Shown here piece by piece: positions 21,254 to 30,902 of a DNA stretch of 64,000 bases. Within the stretch, counting starts at the first letter, position 1; each line of letters opens with the position of its first letter. Both the position numbers and the translations under genes were made by a program. The DNA is from an uncultured Burkholderiales bacterium (GTDB lineage: Bacteria > Pseudomonadota > Gammaproteobacteria > Burkholderiales > Burkholderiaceae_D), in NCBI GenBank assembly GCA_966211965.1, contig CBIHON010000017.1, forward strand, positions 3,482-67,481. Reading direction: 5' to 3'. Under the pieces are notes generated by a model. The model worked only from the letters and a program-made list of their open reading frames with translations, ran no database searches and had not been told where the DNA came from.

Positions 21254-21742
21254 TTACTTAAAGAATTCCCTGTTGCGCCCCGAGCCCGAGTCTTTGATCT
21301 TGTTTGCCTTGACCAGGGCGTTAAGGCTGAAAGTCATGCGTTGCGCCAGCTTCTTGACCTGGGTCTCGTTTGGCGTAAAGCCTAATTTGTCGATCGCCGC
21401 TTGTAAAATTGCGGAGCTGTGCTGCGGTTGATCGGTGATCAGATTCGGCCAATAGTCGCCGCCGGTAAACGGCAGGTCGTCGCCGTCCTGCACCTTGTCT
21501 ACGCCATTTGCGACGGCGAGCTTGGCTTTTCTGCCGCGTTTGCCGCGCACCTTGGCTTGCTTTCCTTGCTTCTTGGTTTTTGCCTCTTGCGCAGGTGCCG
21601 GCTCTGTTTTGCCTACGCTGCCCAGTTCCGCCAGAGCTTGCTCCAGCGCTTTTACTCGCGACACGTAATAAGCCATTCCATCTTTGGCGTGCGCGATCTC
21701 GGCCTCTATGGCCTGTATTGCAGTTTTAAGGTTTTCTGACAT
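21254..21742 (-). CDS. Small basic coiled-coil protein with a lysine-rich linker; possibly nucleoid-associated or a xenogeneic silencer (function unknown)
   Basis: 162-aa ORF in a locally AT-rich island. It has an N-terminal heptad-like helix (AIQAIEAEIAHAKDGMAYYVSRVKALEQALAEL), a K/R-rich linker (AKTKKQGKQAKVRGKRGRKAKLA) and a C-terminal globular part. A terminator lies downstream. No confident homologue was recognised. Confidence 0.5.
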   Translation of the reverse strand: MSENLKTAIQAIEAEIAHAKDGMAYYVSRVKALEQALAELGSVGKTEPAPAQEAKTKKQGKQAKVRGKRGRKAKLAVANGVDKVQDGDDLPFTGGDYWPNLITDQPQHSSAILQAAIDKLGFTPNETQVKKLAQRMTFSLNALVKANKIKDSGSGRNREFFK

Positions 21743-22001
21743 GGTATGCCTCCTTTTTATGATGGCCTGACTAAAGAATTAATATTAATACTTCAATGTG
21801 AAAGTGAGCTTGACAAGTCCTAAATATAACAGTTCATGCTATGCCGTGAAACATTTGTTCTCTCTCGGAGCGCTCCAAGAGTCTGTCTCGATTGTTATTC
21901 ATAGCAGCGATGCCTGATATGCGATATGTGAATTATCAATATATTCCTCTTTGTAGCATAATAAATTCGTCTCCTCTATTCTCATCCTAGAAAATAGATT
22001 C

Positions 22002-22030
22002 AAGCCCGCTTTTACCAGCGGGCTTTTTTT
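22002..22030 (+). terminator. Rho-independent terminator on the plus strand
   Basis: AAGCCCGCT-tttacc-AGCGGGCTT followed by TTTTTTT. No plus-strand CDS ends upstream of it, which suggests a small RNA or leader transcript terminates here. Confidence 0.6.
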
Positions 22031-22328
22031 CTGCAAAAGCTGCGTGCATCTAATGAGGCAATGATGTAATATTCGCCCTCGCAAAAAATTTTCAATATCC
22101 CGTCGAGCGCTTCGTCGCGGCCAATGCGCTCATGCGCTCCAAGCCATAGGAAAAGCCTCCAGGGCATCGCCACCTGATGTGCGGTAATGCATAGGCGGCG
22201 TTAATTACCTAGTACATGAAAGTAAGCAAGTTGACCTGTCTCTAATCAGAGGGGGAAGAGTTTGTTCGCAATGTTCGCAATAGGCCGCGAACAAACTCGG
22301 ATCCGCTTTTTTACCCGGAGGAGGGCTA

Positions 22329-24821
<2,493 letters not shown>

Positions 24822-24870
24822 GAAGCGGTAGCGGCGTTATGTCGCGTTCCGTATAGGCGCGTTGTGGTCT

Positions 24871-24912
24871 TGGATGGCTGAGGGGAGTTCCCCTCAGCCA
24901 TTTGTTTTTTTG
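24871..24912 (+). terminator. Intrinsic terminator downstream of rpoD, shared with the convergent giant gene
   Basis: ATGGCTGAGGGGA-gtt-TCCCCTCAGCCAT followed by TTGTTTTTTT. Confidence 0.7.
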
Positions 24913-24926
24913 CATGGAGGGACTAT

Positions 24927-27900
24927 CTATTTATGCTTGTCCCCATCCTTGGCGGAAGCCGGCGCGGCAGGCGTCTTCGCTCTCGACACTCGCAAGTGCA
25001 TCAGGCGCTGTTCCAGCTCCTTCACGTTCGCCGACATCTCCCGCACGCTGTCCCAGATGCTGTGGTCCAGCCGCATCTTGTGATTCATCGCACTGATCAT
25101 CGGCAATAGCGTCTGTTCATAGCTATCGGCGAGGCGTGCGATCGCGGTCTGCAGCAATTCTTGCTCCGGCAGATTGACCTGCACATCCGGCGTCAGGCGT
25201 CGGCCGAGAGCGGCAATCTGCTGGCTGATATCCGAGAGCAGATTGGCCACCTTGGTCGCGCCATCGGCATCCGCGCCGCCCTGCTTGCGCAGCCGCACGA
25301 AATCCTGCACCAGTGCCTGCCAGCGGGCTTGCTCCCCGGCGTCCGGCCGGCCCAGCAGATGCGCCAGCTTCAGCAGGTTTTCCTCGGCACCGGTCGTCAG
25401 GGTTTGCGCTTCGCCGCGATAATGGTCGCGCAACAGATCATCCAATTCCTCATCGCGCATGATGGCCGAGACCTTTGGCGTCAGCTTGCTCATGTTGCGG
25501 TAACTGCCCTGCAATTTGAACGGCGGCTCGGTGCGGTAGACATCGTCTTGCGCGGCCGACGCGATATAGGCAAGGTTCACCTCCAGCAGCGCATCGCGCA
25601 CCTTGAACAGGCGTTGCAATACCGCGCAGATTTCGCTTATCTCCTGCTGGCTGTAGGCGTGCTTCAATTCGGTGGCGGGAATCGGCTCGCCCTGCGCCAT
25701 GCGGATCAGGCGATGCACGTCTTGCGGCTCGCGCGCCGCCAGCGGTTGCAAGACCGGATGCGAGACCAGCGCGTTTTCGATATACGACATGGCGAACACT
25801 TCCTCGCGTCCGCTCAGCACGTCGCCCAGGTTGTAGATGTCGGCGCGGTTGGCCAGCATGTCGGGAATCTTGAACATGTCGCCCGACTCGGTATAAGGGT
25901 TGCCGGCCATGACGATCGCGAAGCGCTTGCCGCGCAGATCGTAGGTCCGGCTTTCTCCGCGCCAGACGCCTTCGATGCGCCGCGTGCCGTCGGCCAGCGC
26001 GATGAACTTTTGCAGGAACTCGGGATGCGTATGCTGGATATCGTCCAGGTAGAGCATCACGTTGTTGCCCATCGCCAGACCCAGATTGAGCTTCTCCAGC
26101 TCGGTGCGCGCCGCGCTGTTGGCGGCTTGCGCCGGGTCGAGCGATGTCACGTCGTGACCCAGCACCGGGCAATTGATGCGCACGAAAATCATGCCGAGGC
26201 GGTCGCCCAGGTATTCCATCAGCGTGGTCTTGCCGTATCCCGGCGGCGAGATCAAGAGCAGCATGCCCATCGAATCGGTGCGGCGTTGGTCGCCCGCCGC
26301 GCCGATCTGCTTGGCCAGGTTGTCGCCGACCATCGGCAGATAGACTTCATCGATCAGCTTGTTGCGCACGAAGCTCGACAGCGGCTTGGCCTGAAATTGT
26401 TCCAGCCGCAGGCGCGCTTTTTCTTCCTGTATCAACGTCTGGCGCAATTGCTGCAGTTGCTGCCAGGCCGGTACGGTCACTTGCGTGTGGTGCCGCAGCC
26501 GGCGCATGAAGTCGTTCAGTTGCAGGTTGAGGCCTTGATTGTTCAGCAGCGCGTGTTCGCCCAATAAGCCGGTTATCTGCCCCTGCAGTTCAGCCGCCTG
26601 AATCCGGCGCGGCAGTTGACATAACAGAGCCGCGGCAGTTTCCGGCAGCAGGGTCAAATCCTGCTGCTGTTGTCCGATATAGCCATGCAGCCATTCAGTT
26701 GCGAGTTGCCAGCGTTCGCGCCAGCTTAGGGTTTCGTCCTGCCAGGGTAGTGCGATGCCGTGACGGCTCAGGTGCTGTTGCAGTCCTTGCGCCAGATCCG
26801 AGGCCGCACGGCTCAAGACCCATTCATGCGCCTGGGCGCGGTTTGCGCTGCCGGCTTGGGTGCCGAGTTCTGCCAACAGATACGCTGCGCTTTGCTCCAG
26901 GAGCATCGCCGGCGATTCAGTCACGGTATCCAGCCAGCTTTCGATCGCCAGTTGCTGCTGTGTCAGGAATTTTTGCAGCGCTTGGTGGAGTTGGGCCAGG
27001 ATTTGCTGCCATAGGCGGTCACTGCCAAATTGGCGGCGCATCAGTTCGGCTTGCTCGGCCTGGTGCTTGAGCGTTTGTGCGGACACCTGCAGGCTGGGCG
27101 TTGCACTCAGGTGCTGCCAGTACAGTAGCGCGACTGCGCGTGCCAGAGGGCTGTAACGCAACAAGCCGGCATTTTCATACAACGGCACCAATTGCCGCAG
27201 GATGCAGGCGGCGTCGTGGTCGTGTATCCCTTTCTGATAACCCTCGTGATAACGCGGGGCGGCAAAGCGCCGCACACGTTCATCCAATTGCTGCTTATCG
27301 GACTGGCGCACCGCGTCGAGCAAGGCGGCCCAATTCCAGTCATCGGCTTCCGCTTGCGCGGTCAGCATGATTTTGTAAGCCAGGTATTCGGCGCGATAGA
27401 CCCGCGGACTTTCGGCCAGGTTTTCCTGTCCCCAGTATGGCTTCAAGATTTCCAGGCGCGGCTCTTCCACCGGCGAAAAATAATCGGTACCGGTCAGGTG
27501 ATAGGCCAGCTGCTCCTGGCGCGATACGATGGTCAGGTCGAGCGCTTGCTGGTTGACCGTGAAGGCGTGGCGGCCGAGACGTATCGTGTTGCCGCTTACC
27601 AGTTCGTTGCGGTCGCGCAGCGCGCGCTGGCCCTGGTCGCGCAGATTCTTGAGCTGGCCTGCCAGGTCGTCGGCAGCGACACTATTGCCGAGCTTGCGCA
27701 ATTCTTCGATGCTGGCCTTGAGCTTGTTGAGCAGCGCGTCCGATGCGAAATAGGCTTCGAGCTGGGCCGCTTCAGTCAATTGCGTCAGGCGCTTCGGTAC
27801 CCCGGCCAATATCCGGCGCGACGCATCCATGATGGCCTGCACCCGGCGCGCACGGGCATCGAGCAAGGCCTGCTTGCGGCTTTCCATTGCTTCGTACACC

Positions 27901-30215
27901 GATTCACGCTTGTGGGCGATTTCGGCCAGATAGTCTTCCTGCTCGGCGAAGCGGCCCTCCAGATCTTCCATCTGCGCCAGCAGGCGGGTCAGCAATTCAT
28001 CGCAGCGCTCCGGCGTTTCCGCCTGTTCCAGCGCGCTTTCGACGGATTGCCCGAACAGTTGGAACTGTGCCGCGAATTCGGCCGCCGACTCGCCTTGCGA
28101 CAATTGCTTGCGGCGCTGGCGTGCTTCGGCGCGCAGCTTGTTGACTTCGGCATAGATGCCGGAAATGGTGTTGAGGATGCGGGTGCGCAAGGTGGTGTCG
28201 CCGACCGCCAGCGTGCCGAGCAATTCGGTTAGTCCATCCAGGTTGTGCGCGCTGCGGTCCAGTGCTTCATGCAGCGGCGCCAATTCCGCTGTCGAGTGCA
28301 GATTGGGCAGTTGCGCGCGTTGCCTGTTCAGATCCGCATTGATTTTGGCGAAAGCATCATCCTGCGCGAGAAATTGTACGGTGCGCTCGGCGACGCGGCT
28401 TTCCTCGGTGCCGAGTTCCGCATCCAGCCCGTCCAGGCGCGCCACGTCCATGTAGCGCTGTTCCTTCAAGCTGGCCAGCCGTCCGCGTGCAAGGCGGAGC
28501 TGGTCCAGCGCTTCGATGAAGTCGGTCGGCGATTGCCACAGTCGGCTGGCGGTTTCGGTCAGCAATTGGCGCTGCGCCTGTTCGGTCTGCTGCAGCGTAC
28601 GTTGCGCTTCGCGCTGGACCGCCGCCATCTTATCGAATTCGTCCAGCGTTGCGCTCGCCACCTCGATCATGCCGCGCACTTCAGCGCCGGCCTGCTGCGC
28701 TTCCTCGGCTCCCAGCCAGTAGTAGGCATCGGCCACGCGGCGGCATTGCTTGATCAGGGTTTCATAGACGAAGCGGGTCGGTAGCTGGTCCCGGCTTGCT
28801 TCGCCCTGTTCACGCACCAGTTTCGCGATCGAATACAACTCGGACAAACCGCGCACCAATTCGCGATTGCCGATCTTGCCGAAAAAAGTCTGGCGCGGCG
28901 CTTGCTGCGCTGCATGCTCATCGCTCAGGAAAGGGGTTTGCCACAGCTGCATCGCGTGGTTGCGTGTCGGTTCGTCGTTCTCGGCGGTAAACAGCAGCAT
29001 GCGGCCATCGTCGAAGCGGGCGTAACCGTGCGCCACCAGCGGCTGTTCCAGCGTCTTGTTGATCAGGTTGTAAGTCAACAGCACGTACACGCCGTGCTCG
29101 ACGCCGTAGAATACATACAGCACGTCTTCGCCGTTCGGGGCCAGCACCCGGCGCTTGAATTGGAGGCCGGCCGGCAGGTCGGCAAACAGCTTGTATTCGC
29201 CGCTTTGCAGGATATAACCATCGGGGAAAACGATGCCGTGGTCTTCCGGCAATTGCACGCAAGAGGCGCCGATCGCATCGACCCGCGTCACCTGCCGTGT
29301 GCGGCGATTGAAGACCAAGTGACGCACCTGGGTTTCCCGATAAGGTTTGATGCGCAGCAGAATCAGTTCTCCTACTGCGGCATAGGCGATGTCTGCATCG
29401 TTCAACGATTGATTGCGATCCTCCACCGGCTCGCTATAGATGCCGAGACCGGTTTCGGTATTGTTCTCGATTTTGACGGTCAGGTCGCCGCCGATGGTTT
29501 CGACGAACAGGGTGTCGAGCACGTTGATATGCGGATGCTTGCCGAGCACATGCTGCTCGCGCGTGGTCGGCGTCCATTCGAAGTCATGCGCCGGCGGCAG
29601 GGCGATATCGCGTTCGCCGCGATTATCGATATAGCTGACTTCGCCGCTGTCCTTGAGCTGCCAGCGGAACACCCGCACATCGCTGATGCGTTCGCCGATT
29701 TTGAAGGCGGCCAGAAGCTTGCCTTGATGCACGCGCAACTGCACCAGCTGCGCGTTGCGATAATAGTTGTAGAGTTCCTTGAATTCGGCGACGAAACGCG
29801 TATCGTCCAAAAAGGTCTGTTCCAGCTTGAGCGCTTCAAGCTCGGCTTGCTCGCCGTCCTGGCGCAAGCGATACAAGCCGAACACGTCCGCGACCCTGGT
29901 TTCCTGACGCAAGCCGATGAAGACGTTGTAGCCGAACACCAGCACATCGCCGACCAGTACCAGGTCGCGTGCGACGCAATTGTTTTCGGTACGGGCACGG
30001 GTGCGGGCGCGCAACACCATGTCTTCGCGACCGAACTCGGCCAGCCGCGCCTTATTCAGGATGCCGGCCTTTTCCAGCAGCGTCTTGCCTTGCGCGCTCA
30101 AGCGCTTGCGCAGCAGATCGAAACTGCTGGAATGGGCCACTGCTTGCGCGACTTTGTTGTCGCCGGCGTCCGGGTTTTCGGCTTGGCGGGCGTCTTCGGT
30201 TTGGGCGTCGCTCAT
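24927..30215 (-). CDS. Giant (~1760 aa) uncharacterised protein with a beta-rich N-terminal domain, a long helical/coiled-coil central region and a single C-terminal AAA+ ATPase domain
   Basis: ORF 24927..30284. The likely start is the ATG at 30215 (MSDAQTED), 5 bp after the zf-TFIIB stop. Walker A is ISPPGYGKTTLMEY, Walker B VMLYLDDIQ and sensor-1 FAIVMAGNPY, all near residues 1270-1400. The central region is Q/A/E/L-rich (residues ~500-1000). No other P-loop was found. Confidence 0.8.
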   Translation of the reverse strand: MSDAQTEDARQAENPDAGDNKVAQAVAHSSSFDLLRKRLSAQGKTLLEKAGILNKARLAEFGREDMVLRARTRARTENNCVARDLVLVGDVLVFGYNVFIGLRQETRVADVFGLYRLRQDGEQAELEALKLEQTFLDDTRFVAEFKELYNYYRNAQLVQLRVHQGKLLAAFKIGERISDVRVFRWQLKDSGEVSYIDNRGERDIALPPAHDFEWTPTTREQHVLGKHPHINVLDTLFVETIGGDLTVKIENNTETGLGIYSEPVEDRNQSLNDADIAYAAVGELILLRIKPYRETQVRHLVFNRRTRQVTRVDAIGASCVQLPEDHGIVFPDGYILQSGEYKLFADLPAGLQFKRRVLAPNGEDVLYVFYGVEHGVYVLLTYNLINKTLEQPLVAHGYARFDDGRMLLFTAENDEPTRNHAMQLWQTPFLSDEHAAQQAPRQTFFGKIGNRELVRGLSELYSIAKLVREQGEASRDQLPTRFVYETLIKQCRRVADAYYWLGAEEAQQAGAEVRGMIEVASATLDEFDKMAAVQREAQRTLQQTEQAQRQLLTETASRLWQSPTDFIEALDQLRLARGRLASLKEQRYMDVARLDGLDAELGTEESRVAERTVQFLAQDDAFAKINADLNRQRAQLPNLHSTAELAPLHEALDRSAHNLDGLTELLGTLAVGDTTLRTRILNTISGIYAEVNKLRAEARQRRKQLSQGESAAEFAAQFQLFGQSVESALEQAETPERCDELLTRLLAQMEDLEGRFAEQEDYLAEIAHKRESVYEAMESRKQALLDARARRVQAIMDASRRILAGVPKRLTQLTEAAQLEAYFASDALLNKLKASIEELRKLGNSVAADDLAGQLKNLRDQGQRALRDRNELVSGNTIRLGRHAFTVNQQALDLTIVSRQEQLAYHLTGTDYFSPVEEPRLEILKPYWGQENLAESPRVYRAEYLAYKIMLTAQAEADDWNWAALLDAVRQSDKQQLDERVRRFAAPRYHEGYQKGIHDHDAACILRQLVPLYENAGLLRYSPLARAVALLYWQHLSATPSLQVSAQTLKHQAEQAELMRRQFGSDRLWQQILAQLHQALQKFLTQQQLAIESWLDTVTESPAMLLEQSAAYLLAELGTQAGSANRAQAHEWVLSRAASDLAQGLQQHLSRHGIALPWQDETLSWRERWQLATEWLHGYIGQQQQDLTLLPETAAALLCQLPRRIQAAELQGQITGLLGEHALLNNQGLNLQLNDFMRRLRHHTQVTVPAWQQLQQLRQTLIQEEKARLRLEQFQAKPLSSFVRNKLIDEVYLPMVGDNLAKQIGAAGDQRRTDSMGMLLLISPPGYGKTTLMEYLGDRLGMIFVRINCPVLGHDVTSLDPAQAANSAARTELEKLNLGLAMGNNVMLYLDDIQHTHPEFLQKFIALADGTRRIEGVWRGESRTYDLRGKRFAIVMAGNPYTESGDMFKIPDMLANRADIYNLGDVLSGREEVFAMSYIENALVSHPVLQPLAAREPQDVHRLIRMAQGEPIPATELKHAYSQQEISEICAVLQRLFKVRDALLEVNLAYIASAAQDDVYRTEPPFKLQGSYRNMSKLTPKVSAIMRDEELDDLLRDHYRGEAQTLTTGAEENLLKLAHLLGRPDAGEQARWQALVQDFVRLRKQGGADADGATKVANLLSDISQQIAALGRRLTPDVQVNLPEQELLQTAIARLADSYEQTLLPMISAMNHKMRLDHSIWDSVREMSANVKELEQRLMHLRVSRAKTPAAPASAKDGDKHK

Positions 30216-30220
30216 TGGTT

Positions 30221-30754
30221 TCAGTCTGCCTTGGCGTTCAGGAAGGCGATCATTTCGGCGCTGTTCGGTTGCGACTGCAGCCACGTGCGCAGGTGCACCA
30301 GCTCATCGTAGGCGGCGTCGCCGAAACGCGCGCGGTGGGCTTTTTCCATCCGTTCGCGCGAGGCCGCTTCCTGCAGGTCGCGCTGCCAGCGCTCCGACAC
30401 GATGGCATCCAACTGATCATGCAAACCCAGCGCAAGCAAGGCTTCCCACTCGCCGCGATCGAGCCAGACGCCATGCGCCGCTGCGCTGAAATCGAGCCGC
30501 AGCGGGATCACGTTGCAGACCTTCACGCGCGCCATCAGGCGCTTGGTCTTCGGACACATGCGGGCGGCATCGTCGACTACTTCGATTTCACCGGCATACT
30601 CCAGCGCCGCGATTTCCGGCATGGTCTTGCGCCAGGTCCGGTATGCATCCAGATCGACCCAGACGCCGCTGCAATCGTTGCAGCGCTCGACCGGCAATCC
30701 GGCTTCGAGCTTGACCGCAGCGAAGTTTTTATTACCGCAGGCTGGACACAACAT
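30221..30754 (-). CDS. Tandem zf-TFIIB-type zinc-ribbon protein
   Basis: ORF 30221..30805. The internal start MLCPACGNKNF...CNDCSGVWVDLDAY gives repeat 1 (CPxCG...CxxCxGVWxDxxE). Repeat 2 is degenerate (CPKTKRLM...HGVWLDRGEWEAL), followed by a helical tail. Confidence 0.65.
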   Translation of the reverse strand: MLCPACGNKNFAAVKLEAGLPVERCNDCSGVWVDLDAYRTWRKTMPEIAALEYAGEIEVVDDAARMCPKTKRLMARVKVCNVIPLRLDFSAAAHGVWLDRGEWEALLALGLHDQLDAIVSERWQRDLQEAASRERMEKAHRARFGDAAYDELVHLRTWLQSQPNSAEMIAFLNAKAD

Positions 30755-30795
30755 GTTTGCTCTCTTTCTTGGATTTCGTGGATGGCTTTTTTTAT

Positions 30796-30889
30796 GGGCG
30801 GACACGGCTTGATCGTGCTCGCGTGCAAGCTTCGATCAGGGCGCATGTTTTTAAGGTCACGCATGGGCACGATCAAGCCGTGCCCGCCC
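30796..30889. repeat. Intra-operon inverted repeat (23-bp arms, one mismatch, ~48-nt spacer) between the flotillin and zinc-ribbon genes
   Basis: GGGCGGACACGGCTTGATCGTGC (30796-30818) pairs with GCACGATCAAGCCGTGCCCGCCC (30867-30889). Confidence 0.6.
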
Positions 30890-30902
30890 TGCGTCCTTGC
30901 AA

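Noticed and set aside
25161-30311. Two long plus-strand ORFs (468 aa and 469 aa)
   Set aside because: Antisense to the giant AAA+ gene, whose frame carries clear Walker motifs; they are compositional artefacts.
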